Shown here in pieces: positions 1 to 13,988 of a stretch of 60,584 nt of DNA. The stretch lies in NCBI GenBank assembly GCA_045837725.1, contig JBEWZL010000201.1, forward strand, positions 62,001 to 122,584. The letters run 5' to 3'. Below the pieces are notes generated by a model. The model saw only the letters and a list, made by a program, of their open reading frames with translations, had not been told where the DNA came from and ran no database searches. Position 1 is the stretch's first letter, and each line of letters begins with the position of its first letter. The position numbers and the translations under genes are program-made. This stretch comes from Vermamoeba vermiformis. Its lineage: Eukaryota.

Positions 1-106
1 GTTGTGGGCGCAGAAACGTGACGACAACACGCCACCAGTAGCAGATCCGGATCTGTCGCACAACAGGGAAAGCCACGAAGAGAAATCGAGCTCTGAATCG
101 ACCTGA
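1..106 (+). CDS. 3' end of a gene entering the window (unknown product)
   Basis: Open frame 2-106 (LWAQKRDDNTPPVADPDLSHNRESHEEKSSSEST*) followed by AATAAA-rich sequence at ~118-128. Confidence 0.45.
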   Translation, partial: LWAQKRDDNTPPVADPDLSHNRESHEEKSSSEST

Positions 107-375
107 CTAGTGGTTAAAATAAATAAATTTTTGTTTAAGCGCATTTTCTCGCTTGATCCACAATATCCACCGATCTGTCAGAAATTCTCCTTGTAATTTG
201 TCAGATTCCATTCGCGTTGGCCACAACTGTTAAAATCATTTACAAACTATTATGTGTCTAAGATCTATGTCTAAGAATCGTTATTTTTAGATCGCGTGCT
301 TTTGTTCGTTGCCATAAAATTTTTCAGTTTGTCCAGCTATTTATTGCAGAGAACAACAGTAGTACTTTATACAAA

Positions 376-2384
376 ATGGCTGAATACGACCTTAGTAAAT
401 CAATTGGCAAATACTTGGATCGCCACTTATACGTGCTCATCTGCGAGTTTTTGCAAGAGAACAATGTTCGTATTACAGCAATAATTTTATAATATTAGGC
501 ACCGAATATATCTTGTTAAGCACATACAATGTAGCAATTGGATAATTATATTTAACCAATTATAATTAGGTTTATCCCAAGGAGGAGATTCTGAAAGCTG
601 AATTAGAGCTGTTAAGCAAAACAAGCTTGGTTGGCTTTGCTATGGAAGTTTACAAAAATTTAAATAATACTCAAGATGTTCCACAAGGTAATTATTGCTT
701 TGAGAAAATGATTCGAATCCCCTCCACCAAAACTTATTATTCCACGATTCGTTGGAATATTGGATATATTATAATTTAATATATGCACGTGGATTATAAA
801 TGCTAGACGATTAGATATTATAATCGAGAATTATTTGTTTGATCAAAATAATAATCGATCGCATCCAGCCATGAACGAACAACAAGCACAATTGGAGCAA
901 TCGCTTAAGAAATTAGAAGAAGAATCAGCGCCTTTGTTGGCTTTGATTGAAAAAGAATCGCAGGTCCAAGCCTTGCGCAACGATCACCAATTTACTTTGC
1001 CGCATCTTGAACAGAACTTTAATGTAAGCAACGATCTTAATGGCAGCACGTTATATAATATTTTAAATATCGAAGCAACACGATAATACGACCCTATTAA
1101 TGACATCAATCTAACTTTATTTTTTGCGATCCAGATTAAGGAAAATCACGTTGATTCATTGTACAAATTAGCCAAGTTACAATACGAATGCGGTCAATAT
1201 AATGAAGCCCTTAAGTAAGTTTTATTAGACGAGAAAATACGAGATTACAGACTATCGCTGGATCTGCAACATTTCGCGTGTATTTCAAAATATTATTGTC
1301 GATTAGACGATAGACAACACCACAATATAGTACCATATATTAATACGCCCTATTCTCTGGCAGGTTCTTGGCTGTTGTTCGCGATCTAACGAAGGATCAA
1401 GAGCGCGCCTTGAGTGCCTTGTGGGGTCAATTGGCCAGCGAGATTTTGATGGACTCCATGGACCAGGCCTCCAAGTCCCTCGCACAGCTCAAAGAAGTGA
1501 TTGAGAGCAAGTCATTCATGTCGCCGCTCAAACAACTGCAACAGCGCACGTGGTTGTTGCACTGGTCGTTGTTCGTCTTCTTCAAGCACCAGCCCAGCCG
1601 CACTGGCATCGTTGACTTGTGTTTCCACGACAAGTGAGTCACGTGCTCGTGTCACGTGTCAAGTTGCAGCACTAACATTCTATTGCCACTGCAGATACAT
1701 GAACGCCATTCAGACCACGTGCCCGTACATTTTGCGTTACCTCGCCGCGGCAGTGGTGATCAACAAAAAGAAGCGCAATTACTTGAAAGAATTGGTGCGC
1801 GTGATCGATCAAGAGTCGTACAGATTCCAAGACCCCGTGACACAGTTCTTGGAGGCCTTGTACATCAATTTTGACTTTGAGGCCGCGGAACAAAAGCTCA
1901 AGTCGTGCGAGAAGGCCTTGGCGAACGATTATTTCTTGCAGCCTTACAAGGACGAGTTCGTTGAGAACGCGCGTCTGTTCATCTTCGAGACGTACTGCAA
2001 GATCCACAACACCATTGACATCAAGTACGCCACTCTAATACTACTAGGTCTTATATATTATTGTGCCTAACGATGTCCCCTTGCAGGATGTTGAGTGAAA
2101 AATTGTCCTTGTCAGGTGAGGAAGGAGAGCGCTGGATTGTCAATTTGATCCGCAACGCACGATTGGACGCGAAGATTGACTCGGCGCAGGACCAAGTCAT
2201 CTTGGGCGGTCAAGTCCCCTCGGCCTATCAACAGCTGATCGATAAGACCAAGGGTCTCTCGCTCCGCAGCATTGTATTGTCGAATAATATTGAACGCTCG
2301 CGTGGCTCAAAGCACCACAACACGACCAACGCGAGCAACACGAACGCACAGCAACAACAACAGCCACAGACTAAGCAACAGTAA
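376..2384 (+). CDS. EIF3E: Translation initiation factor 3 subunit E (INT6, PCI domain), multi-exon
   Basis: [19 protein letters not shown]-terminus; [43 protein letters not shown] and [18 protein letters not shown] are hallmark eIF3e segments; GT-AG introns join them in frame. Confidence 0.97.
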
Positions 2385-2557
2385 ATGCGAGTAATAAGGG
2401 AGGCCTGTGTGTCCACTAACCAAAATAAAAAGAAAAAATTTAATTACATCCGCTCCCCTGCAACAGTTTCGGAGAAATTCAAATGGTGCTTGACACGTGT
2501 CTACGTCACGAAAATATTTTGGACCAAAACTTATCCAAGAAATAAAACAACAACACG

Positions 2558-4327
2558 ATGAATACCACGCAGAAGAGGAGCGGATCTGGATGCAAGTTAC
2601 TAACTGATTGTAGACTACTTGTGACTTTGACCAAGGACACATTGCTCCACATTAGTAGCTTTTTATCTGATAATGCAGATTAGAAGGCTGCGACGTGTGT
2701 GCAAGCAGTTCCATGCGTGGCTGTCTGATCCAACAAGTTTTTCTTGGAAGAAACGAATTGAATCAGCTTTTCCGCTCAGCACTCAACTGTTGGGAGAAGA
2801 TGTGAATATTCAAATGGCTAGACTATGCAAATTCGACACGCTGATTGAAGAGGGCCATCAAGTGTCATTTTTCGACCTGTCTTCTCTTGGCGTGTGCGCG
2901 TTCAATGAGGATACATTCAAACAGATCCCTTGGAACAGGACGCAGTTCATTCTAACTAGCTCTACTGCCATCTACTTGTTCGATTCGTTGTCTGGGCGAG
3001 CGACAGAACAGTTCAAATTCGAAGAAACAATTTCCAGCGTTTTGTTTGACATTCTAAGTATGTCAGCTTTGGCTTTACTTGAATAGTAACTAACCGCGAT
3101 TGTTATTATTAGACCAAAGAGTGGGACTGGTGACAGATGGAAAACTGACACTTTTTCAGTACTGCGAGAACAAGCTCCTTCCAACCAAATCACAAGTGTA
3201 TAACTTCCGACGGCACGTATTGGGCCAGATTTATGGTAATCACAACATCACCGTGGCTTCCTGTAAGTTAATTCTCTTGTGCAGGCGAATACGTTGTTAG
3301 CTGGGATGAGTACCTCACTCTCACCTGGTACTCGCTCGCCACTGATGCAGTGGTGAAGGAAATCCATATGGAAGAAACCTCTAGAAGTGAGATGGTGCTG
3401 TCGACAGTTGAACCAGTTATCTACTTAGCCGAGTCAGTTCAATACAGATACGTCTATCGAATATGGCGGATTGACGGAACACTGCGCAGCGAGGAGACAA
3501 AGACACTGTTGTACGAGCGCTCGTTCGACGCAGAGGTCGAGAACTGTTGCGATGGCGTGGACGGCTTGAGTATCGTTGAGAACGAGAGCGGTCGTATCTT
3601 GCAAGTGCCGCAGTTGGGCACCGGGGATTGTTCATTCAGCGCCTATGATCTGGAGCGCGGAAGAATGATAGCCACCCTGCTCTTTAATGCCGATGTGTGT
3701 GTGAAATATCGGATGATGCAATTCAATCCTGCTGCTCCGTATTGCTGCCTCGAAGCGGATGGAACACTCGTGATTCGCGATGTTAAGGCCGATTATGCAT
3801 CAAAGAAACAGAACCAAGACGACGGCGATAGCTCCGTTGAATGCGAATCGAACAAAGAGATGATGATCGACTACGACCGCAAGGACCCTACGGACTACGC
3901 GTGTTACTCGCGAGTGTTCGACTACGGACTGGACTATCCGAACAACTGGCAGTGGCTCAACGATGACATTTTGACATTCAAAATACGCAAGAGAAGTCCC
4001 AGCAACAAGCGCATCACTTCGCGCGTGTTTTTCTCAGTCGCAAAGATGCGAGTGATTGGCACGATTGACGATCAGATTGTCGAGCTATTCATGAACGGCA
4101 ATCACATCACTGCATTTCATTCATCAGGCAGTGTGTATCGCATCACGTTGCATCCCTCGTACAAGTCGCAAGTGGATGACAAACATTTTGACGAAGATAG
4201 ACTGCTGCGTGAAAATATGTGTTTGAAGCGCAAGCGAGAAGACAAATTCGACGGCGTTGAAGAGGACTTTGAAAAGTCTCGAAGAAAAAGACTACGTGCC
4301 TCGCTAGCTGAGGAAATCAAGAAATAA
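2558..4327 (+). CDS. F-box protein with probable beta-propeller-like C-terminal region; 1-nt frame disruption at ~2672; start uncertain
   Basis: LVTLTKDTLLHISSFLSD / MQIRRLRRVCKQFHAW gives an F-box pattern once one extra A at 2672 is removed; long beta-rich exon 3350-4327 ends in a basic NLS-like tail. Confidence 0.6.
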
Positions 4328-4460
4328 GTTTTTTGGTCTGATAGGAATTCAACGAACATTCAGTGTCTGAACCATTTATCATTTGAAAATTAATTTGCTT
4401 TATGTACAAGTAAATCGGTCATTACAATTACCGCGTATGGTCAGTATATTAATGTTAATA

Positions 4461-6575
4461 TTATTCACAACAGTCTGGCTCAACTTTGACGCCAGGACAC
4501 TTTTTCTGTGGCGGCGGATAGTACGGCTGTGCATAGTGATGCAGCTCGACGTGTTTGCCACCAATCCAATAGAGCTGCTCGTAGTCCAAGTGCATGGCCA
4601 GTGCGATGGGAATCATCACTTGTTCGGCCCAGCGGTGGAAAAATATTCCGCCCAAATTGTCCATCGCGTCAAAATAGTCCAAGAGCGGCTTGTTGTCCAC
4701 GAAGAACGATGTTTTGAACACTAAGAAGTTGCCATAATAAGCGACAGGATCAGCAATCTTGTCCAAATGTTTCCATTCAATGCCCGCATTGCGCGCGTAC
4801 GCTTTTGAGGCGTCATAAAGTCCATTCGTGCACGTGGCATCTGTCACACAGCTGTAGTAGCCAAAGGTTCTGTAGTGTCACAGTGGTGAGTAGAGGTCAT
4901 ATATATAATATGATAGTATTGTGATTATTATGGGGTGTGAAAAGTACCTGTTAAGTGAGTGGATCTGCTCGAAGACGTCAATGTCAGCACGCTTGATATC
5001 GATGTCGCTGTCGATTTGAATGATGTAGTCGAAGTACTTTAATATAGGCTCGCGCCACAATAGCACGCTGCGGAATCTAATCATGTTGAAGTAGCCCATC
5101 TGCCACTTGATCTTGCCTCTTGCGCAGTCTTGACCCAACTATAGTCCATTTGTTAATATAGTTAAATTATTATATTTAATAGTATTACCTTAAGGTCCTC
5201 GGAGTAGTTCATGCCTTTGAATACTGGCAAGTCAGGGAACGTTCTTTTCGGGAAAATGTCACCCACATCCACCCAGTGAATTACTGCATTTGATGCTTTT
5301 TCGATCTGTTCCCGTGCCGACCTATTATATTATTGCGCAGTTAATACGGGATACCAATCGGAGCGGATAGAGCTATTTTTTGAAGAGGATGAAATTTCGC
5401 GACGATGACCACATCTCGTTACAAAAAGGTGTAATTAAGACTTACTGAGGCAAGGAGTGGAATATAATGACAGGATAGGGTCCATATTTGCTATTGTAAT
5501 TGTCTTGTAAGTTCTTCAAGCTCGTCAACATGAAGCCCATCTTATTCAATTGATCATCGGTCAATAAATAATAGAAGGCACCGTTGACCTCTGAAAGTAG
5601 GGTATATATCAATATACTGGTCCTATTATTAATATATATGCCACTTACTTCTGAATTTCTCGTCGCCAATCGTGACGTAAAAGATCGGATCTTTCGAGTC
5701 GAGAACGAGTTCTTTATAATTAGCTCTGATGACCTCTTCGCCTTTAGCATTCCATATGTGCACTACATCCTCTTTTTTAATTCGCAGACCAGCTGAAACA
5801 ATCAATTAGACAACAGAGCAAAACTGGATGTACTCAAAAATTATTCTTGATTTCATTCTCGAATAAAAAATTCTGCGTATTTGTATATAATTATGCGTGG
5901 TGATGATAACAGATTTGCTTGGAAGAGTTGTATGAGGTAATACTTCGTAAGAGATCAGATCCACATCCACTTACCTTTGAGCAGGTGCACCATGTCTCTA
6001 TAAGTAGGCCCTAATGAGACTACTTCGCGCGTGAGTCGATCTTTGTTCAATACAAATGTACGACGCAGCTGCAGGTCTCGAGCACTTTGTTGGTGTTCAT
6101 CCGTGGGCAAACAAGGCTCTGAAAATAAATAAGAGCCATAATTAGTAATTATAATAATAGGTTATTTAAAGATTACATGATGAATGTTGGCATGATTTGT
6201 TGGGGGCGAAATAATAATAAAAGCTCGAAATTTATGGGCAACGTAAGCAATAGAAATATCAAAATTATTTTAAATTATTCATATTTTATATGAATGTAAT
6301 ATCTTTAATAACATAATAGGCGTAGTAATCATTTTTATATAGTTTAGAAAAAATCAAAAAACGAAATTAGGTAATTTTGAATTCGCTTTCGCTTAGTTAA
6401 TTAATTAATAAGCCCCTAGTATTATTTTTATAATATAGTAAATAAATAAGCAATAATTAGTACCTTTAAAGATAAGGTGATCCTGCACTCGCGTCATCTG
6501 GTAAAACAACACGACAATGACAACAGCCACGACGGCGAATATGAGTTGTGATCGCGATATATTAATATTCTTCAT
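4461..6575 (-). CDS. Glycosyltransferase family 15 (KRE2/MNT1-like alpha-1,2-mannosyltransferase), type II membrane protein
   Basis: First exon MKNINISRSQLIFAVVAVVIVVLFYQ (TM anchor); YPVIIFH, GYFNMIRFRS, FDYIIQIDSD, YYGNFLVFKTSFF and GGIFFHRWAEQ match GT15 motifs. Confidence 0.85.
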
Positions 6576-6855
6576 CGCTCTGAAGCATTATCTGTGGCGG
6601 ATCTATGAAAAAAATAACAAAGAAAACAATCAACGGAATTTATTGACACTGTCATCGCGGACTATTGTGCGTAGTTCTTCTAAATATGCCCCATCATATG
6701 TACGAGAGTACATTTGATTAGTGGTGTGCGCTAAGAAGCTGTGAGCGGTTCTAGATCTTCCAAATTTAGCCCTCAGAAGCGCTAAGAAGGATCTTGAAGG
6801 CACGTGCTTACAGAACTTAAAATGTTACAGGAAGTTCTATCGGCACATTCTATCG

Positions 6856-7429
6856 ATGAGGATGAACGCGAAGGCACTGCTTATTTTATCAGTTTTGGTG
6901 GCTACAAGTCTGGCTCAACTTCAAGTCGATTATTACTACGCTGAGCTGCCTGATACTTGCAATAGACCTCACACATGGGACTACGCATATGCTTACTCGA
7001 AGCCTGCTCCTGCATGCGATGCTAGCCAGTGTAAACAAGTCTACGGAGGACAAGGAGCTAACTTTACACGATCCACCGATTGCAGCTCAAGCGTTCAAGT
7101 CTCGTCAATCTCGTCCTACATGATCCAAATACCGTGCAATAGTCCGTAAGCAGACTAATAATTATTAGTAAAATAAGTTAATTTGTAATCAAATGTGCTT
7201 CAGCGTCTCTCCTGCCGGATGGAACGCAGCGTATTACCGTATTACTTCGTGCGTGCCTAAGAAAGACAGCACTACCTATCAGCTCACTCTGTTCGATGGT
7301 CAAAACAAAGTGTTCACTGTGTTCCAATGCAAGGACAAATACTGCGGCGATTGCCAGAACTTCGATTACCCGAAGAAATTAGCGCCTAATCAGTGCACCG
7401 ATAACTTATTTACTTACTTGTTCCCTTAA
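6856..7429 (+). CDS. Small secreted cysteine-rich protein, 2 exons
   Basis: Signal peptide MRMNAKALLILSVLVATSLA; intron from 7146 (gtaag) to tcag joins the frames (…CNSP|VSPAGWN…); about 10 Cys. Confidence 0.75.
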
Positions 7430-7692
7430 TTGTAACGTAGTGTGTGCTTAAAGCTAGATCTGTTTCCATCAGACGATTGGCCAGAAACTAGATCCGGTAT
7501 TTGTTTAAATAAATTCCGATTTATTTTAATCCTTTACAATCCGTCGTATTAAATTATAAGGAACACAAAATTGCTTGGTTTTTTACACCAAAAAAAATAC
7601 AAAGTGGGTCAAGTGAGGATAAATTCGCCATAGGGAATACTATGTATGTAATAGGACAAGAGGGGGATTAACGGGCTGGGGGTGGGGTGGGT

Positions 7693-9415
7693 TTAAAGAA
7701 GGTCCGCAACGTGAGCAGGCATTTCTTCAATTTGGGTGTTGTAGAAACGTTCAATTTCCTTGAGGATGTGGAAATCTTCGTTGGTGACGAAGTTGATGGC
7801 AACTCCCTTACGACCGAAGCGACCAGAACGGCCAATTCTGTGAATGTACTTGTCGAAGTTCTGCTTGGGGATGTCGTAGTTGATGACCAACGAGACTTGG
7901 TGCACATCGATACCACGAGCCATCAAATCAGTCGTGATCAACACTCTGCTGCTGCCAGTTCTGAATTCGTTCAAAATGACGTCACGCTCCTTTTGGTCGA
8001 TCAAACCGTGCTATAATAATAGTAATACGTTAGTAATTGGTCACTCGAAGACTTTGCAATGATTCTGCGTAGCGAATCCACGATGCGAGTACTTACAGTG
8101 GAGGAGACGGTGAAGTCGCGAGCCTTCAATTGGTCAGTGAGCCAAGTGACTCTCTTACGGGTGTTGCAGAAGATGACGGCTTGGGTGATGTTCAACGTGT
8201 CGTACAGATCGCACAAAGTGTCCAACTTCCACTCTTCCTTCTCGACGTTGATGAAGAATTGACGGATACCTTCCAAGGTCAATTCTTCTTGCTTCACCAA
8301 GATGCGGACGGGGTTGTTCATGAATCGGCGGGTGATTTCCAAAGTATCAGCATCCATGGTGGCAGAGAACAAGCCAACTTGGACGTTGTGGGGCAAAGTT
8401 TGGAAGATGTTGTAGATTTGGTCCTTGAAACCCTTGGACAACATCTCGTCAGCCTCGTCCAACACGAAGACCTTGATGGTGTCGGGCTTGAGGGCGCGAC
8501 GGTCGATCATGTCCAAAACTCTGAAATTCGTTGTTAATTATTGAATGCTTTGTATAATATTATCTTATAATTTTTAGTTACCTTCCCGGAGTTCCGACGA
8601 TGACTTGAGCACCGCCTTGGAGGATTTGGATGTCACTTCGGATACGAGTACCACCAATGCAAGCGTGGCACTTAACGCCCAAGTAGTCACCCAACATAGT
8701 AACGACCTAATTTAAATTCATGCATTAGCACGGAAAAATTACTTTGCGAAAATTAGACCGATCCGCGACGTACCTTTTGGATTTGTTGAGCCAACTCACG
8801 AGTAGGGGCCAAGATGAGGGCTTGAGCGGTGGCTTGGGTGTAGTCCAATTGTTGCAAGACACCGATGGTAAAGGTAGCAGTCTTACCAGTACCGGATTGG
8901 GCCTGAGCGATCAAGTCTTTACCCCTATTAATTGCCGGTTATTAACCATTGCATTACGAGCTAGTCGATATGTATAATTTAGGTTGTTATATTTTGAAAT
9001 CGACAAACAGCGTTCGACAAGAAAAGTCGACGCCGATTTGATTTAAAAGTTTCAGATCGCAAAACATTATACGAGTTATTTGCTCATATAATCCATGAAT
9101 AATATATTATCGCGATCTAATTGATAGGATTTGCTGCAAAGGGACATTTACGCCCTTTCTGTGTATTTTATAAAATTTAATCCAAAAAAAATTAATTCCT
9201 TACTTGATCAAAGGAACGATGGCCTTTTGTTGAATCATAGAAGGTCTCTCAAAACCGTAACCGTAAATACCACGGAGTAAGTCTTCTTTGAGACCCATGT
9301 TGTCGAACGAATCGCAACGCTCTTCCCAGTTGCTTTCGAGTTCGAAGCCATTCTCAGCAGTAACGGTCATTTTCTCGCCGTTGTTGGCCGAGGTTTGCTT
9401 ATTGTCAGCGCTCAT
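7693..9415 (-). CDS. EIF4A: Translation initiation factor 4A (DEAD-box helicase)
   Basis: Q motif ([15 protein letters not shown]), [33 protein letters not shown] and [13 protein letters not shown]; strong codon bias. Confidence 0.98.
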
Positions 9416-10192
9416 TTTCTTTACAATCAAGTAGGTTAGATCAAATCCGGATTAAAGTGAGATTCGTAAAATGCGACGTTTGCTACATCGCGAATTCTTA
9501 AAAAAACGATAGAATAGGGACATACCTTAAGTGGTTAATTATTATTCGATGGTTAAAAACAAACAAACTGAGCTGATCGAAGGTTTTTGTTGTTTCAATT
9601 TTTTGTCCCTAACATTTTGCGCAAGAATTCTGCGGAGAAAGATTGGATCGAGCGAAAAAGAAAAGTTTTTCGGCTCAGTTTTCACCATCGTGACTCTAGA
9701 ACCGACACCAATCTTAAAAATAAGCGAAATGGAGAAACAACCTGGGACTTTTTATTCTTACTTTGATCGCGATCTGAAACAAGATCGTTAGGGTTGGATC
9801 CCAATGACTTACACTAATATATTGATTTATGGATGGTGACTTAATTATTATTATTATTGATGGTTGAAGTTATGAGTTTACCCGGATTGAATAATTAATT
9901 ATTATTAATGCACAAACCTATGGATCTAGGTAGCGAAATTAATCACAGAACATTATTCATGGTGCAGAAATTAAGTGGGATTTCTCGTGTTCATTCGCGG
10001 GCAAGGAAATGATGACTGACAGGACACACTTGGTATCTTTGGACAAAAACAGCAACCGGTTGCGTATCTTGTTCATTCTCGCGTTATTACAGCACAACAC
10101 TTGGTGCGCTTACGCTACATTTTATTTATGCTCTAGCCTGCGTTCAGTTCAACTTTTATTGCAATTCTGAGACATTATTCGTTTGAAGCACC

Positions 10193-13100
10193 ATGATTAG
10201 CAAAACCAAGAATATTCTTTCGCCTGGAGCCAATTTCCATGACAGCGATTTTCCACTCCATGATGCAGCAATTAGGAACGACGTAGATGCGCTCAGACAA
10301 CTACTGCAGATGGGTTACAATATTGACGCCAAGAAAGAGGTAAATACCACCGATGATAAGATTAGTTTAATTATTTACTGTATCATGTACCAAACTGTGC
10401 CAGTTTATGACTTTATGTTGATGGATTTGCGTGTCAATCCGCGAATAAATAATGTGTTCCATTACTAATACCATTTTTGTTAGGGGGTAAGACGGAGAAC
10501 ATCATAAAATATGAATATTTTTTGGAATACAGCGAGCTAGGTCGTTTTCTAATTCAATTCCTCGATCTAACACTGACATTTCAATTTATTTTACACTTCC
10601 CACGCGGCTTATTCTTCCATAACACTAAGAACCTCTTATTATAGCTGGTAGGTCTTTAAAAACATTATAATCTATCAAAATGTCAGTTGTTGTGCACGAT
10701 CCGGAATATCACTGCTGGATCTTAAAGGGAACAGCGGTTGCATAAGATCGTGTTGTGCAAAATTATGAACTGTATTAATCAAGTTATATAGACGCCCCTT
10801 CACTATGCGAGCGCCAAGGGTAACTTCGCTGCGGTGGAATATCTCTTGGAACAGGATGCAGCAGTCAACGCAAAGAGTTCTGTATGTCTTTATTATGTAT
10901 TTCAATATGTTTTTATACTACGATTATATTATTCGGAGCTATTGGAGCCCATAATATTGCTAATTGCACGATGTTAACCTTTGCAACAAAATTCTAACAT
11001 TACGCTCACATTTAGGGAGGACGGGTAAGCTTTCAAGGACAATACTGTCAAGCGAATACTATAGTGTCATAATAACGACTGCGGCCCATCTACGTGAGGC
11101 TAATTATTGTGTTCGGGTCGGATCGGGCTGGAAATTTCTCAGACCCAGGAACACAACACAATCTCATGCATACAAGTTCTAAAGAACTGATTTGGGTGCA
11201 GATACGCACATGAAAATATATATGACGCCTCGTCTAGCGATCACCTGGCTGATTCTTTTTTTATTAGACACCGTTGCATTTTGCTTGCCAAAGCGGTCAT
11301 GTTGGAGTCGTTGAAATATTGCTCAGCAGAGGCGCGGAGATTAATTCTATGGCATCAGTAAGCTGCATTACATTTACCCGCATAATTAGCGCATTTTTTT
11401 TGTATTTGAATTGCCAAATCGGGTTTCATTGAAACTAAGCTTGGACTTTTCTTAGATGACGCCATTGCATTATGCCTGCAATAAGGGACACGTAGCAGTC
11501 GTGGAAATCTTAATTAAATACGGCGCTGATTTGTTTAAGCGATCCGAAGTAAGTAGATTGACAATACCTAAAAATAGTCACATTTCCGTTAATGAACCAT
11601 TTCTGGCAGTCATATGAAACACCCCTCGATGTAACCCGCAGCAAGCAAATTAAGAATTTGCTAAGTAAGTTAATATAAGGACCATTTCGAGCTGTTATTA
11701 ACCATTGGATCTGCGCTTAGAAAAAGAAATGAGACTTCGCGAGAATCAAAGTTCATCCTCACCCGCCAAAAAAATGGTCGTCAACTGCGAAGACAGGTCA
11801 ATGCCACGAGGCCAGAAATCACGTTCAGCAAAAGATTTGTATCAAGCATTCAAAGCGAAGATGGTCGTCGAGGTAAGGCACTTTTTGACACGTGATGACA
11901 CGTGTCAAACTTTCAAAGGCGATAGTGTACTGATTGATCGCTATAGCCCAAGCCTAAGAAGAAGAAATCGAAGAAAGATTTGCAATCAGGCGAGAACACC
12001 GAAGCAGCACGTGATGCCGCGACCAAAGTGAGCGAGAGCACGGCCAACACGACCAATACTCCGCCAGCACAAGACACGACGCGGCTATACACCAAGCAGG
12101 CCAAGCGCAGCATCTCCGCCAATTCACTGACGCACGCTGAAAGTTTCTTGGACTCACCGCGCGCCAAGAGCGAAGACAACAACGGCGAGCTGAAAGGGTT
12201 AGAGGACGACCAACAGGACAAAGTGGACCATTCACCGCCCACCTACATGGCCATTCACGGCGGAGATTCACCGGTGATTTCACCCATCAACTCGCACGAA
12301 TCACCGGACTCGAGCGAAGAAGAGAAACTCGAGTGGACGATTAAACTGACGGGCGATCAGTTCCAGTACAAACAACTCGACAAGTTCATGCACTTTGTGA
12401 CGGGCAGTGAGGTCTTCAGCAGCGAGATTAAAGTGCCGGGTCTCAGCACGAGTCACCATTGGATCCGCGTGCCTGCCGAACATCGCAAGGTGTTTGTGAA
12501 GACATTTAAGAACTTGAAGCCTGAAATCACTGACGTAGCTCTCGAGCGCATTCAAAAGCTAAAGTACGTAAAATATAATACTATTATAGGACTGTAGTTT
12601 ATATTGACCAATTATACGACAGACAACTGAAGCACAAGTACCTGTTGGACATATTGGCCTATTCAGAAGAGCCTTTAACTGTCATCTCCGAGTTTATGAA
12701 GAATGGTAGATAATAATAATAGTATTGTCTATGTATAGGGATCCGTTCTAATGTCGGTCATATGTAGATCTGCATAACGTGATCCACCAAGACAAAATAG
12801 CTTTGACCTCTCGACAAAAGCACCAAATAGCATTGCAAGTTGCTAAAGGCATGCACTTCTTGCACGCTAATGGCTCTACACACTTTGGACTGACGCCCTC
12901 TAATATTCTCGTAAGTTAGATCTGGTATTGGCTCGTGCCAAGTGCTAACCATTACAACAGCTTGATCCCAACTTCAATGTCAAAATATCCGATTCTAGAC
13001 TCTCTAAATATGAACTTCAACATGAATACATCTCCATGGACGCTGTTAGGTATTTATGTAAGTCGACGCGTCTTTGGCCCGTGATCTGTTACTGACCTCG

Positions 13101-13717
13101 CTTTAGCATCGTCTTTTATGGAAGGCATAGTCTCCGACAAGGCAGATATATATAGTTTTGGCATTATATTATGGGAGCTCTGCACGGGTCAGTTGCCGTT
13201 CGATGATCAAGCAGCGCAAACCCCTATACAACTGGCTCTAAAAATTATGAGTGGAACTCGCCCAAAGAGGATTCCTAATTGCAACTCTGATCTATGGAGG
13301 CTAATTGAGCGATGTTGGGACCAAAATCCTTCAAAGCGACCTTCTTTTGCTGACATCAAGCAAATCCTCAAAAAAGAAACGCACGTAATTTTCTTGGCTG
13401 ACATTCCGGGCGATATTGTTTGTCCTATAACGTAAGTTTATTTTAATTAGTTACGAATTTAAGCAATTTCATCGCTCTGTGTAACCTGCGATCAAACGTA
13501 ACTGACTACGGGATCTTGTTTTAGCATGGAGATTATGAAGGAGCCAGTCGTTAGTACCTCCGGATACTCTTTTGAAAAATCAGCTATTGAAAGGCATTTA
13601 TCGACGAGCCAATTCGATCCTATCACTCGTGTGGCTTGCCAGATCGCCGATCTAAGGCCCAATCACGCCCTGAAACGGCGAATCGAAGAGTTTTTGAAAA
13701 ATAATCCTAATTTGTAA
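10193..13717 (+). CDS. Ankyrin-repeat + TKL-like pseudokinase + U-box protein, multi-exon
   Basis: Ankyrin TPLH-type exons (PLHDAAIRND, TPLHYASAKG, TPLHFACQSG, TPLHYACNKG); kinase C-lobe KADIYSFGIILWEL and RCWDQNPSKRPSF; U-box CPIT|MEIMKEPVVSTSGYSFEKSAIERHL…DPIT…LRPNHALK. Confidence 0.88.
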
Positions 13718-13988
13718 ATATTACTGCGTTATATCTGCGAATAAACAGTTTTGACTCTTTGGAACAATAGATCAACTCAAAGACCGCGCTATTTTTATGT
13801 ACTGAAAATCGTCTTTACACATAAAAGCTTTCATGAAACCGGAAGATTAAAGGCAATTCAGACGGCCCAAGGTGAAATCACCTCAGAAATTTGACCTCGG
13901 CGAAAAACGGAAGATTCAAAACCTTAAAAGCCTCGCTGCCTAATTAGTTTATTTCCATCAAAACTCATCAGACGAACATAAATCAACA

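Noticed and set aside
8923-9200. Possible intronic snoRNA in the long eIF4A intron
   Set aside because: A CTGA (D-box) is present on the sense strand but no RTGATGA C-box at a suitable distance; no convincing H/ACA structure seen.
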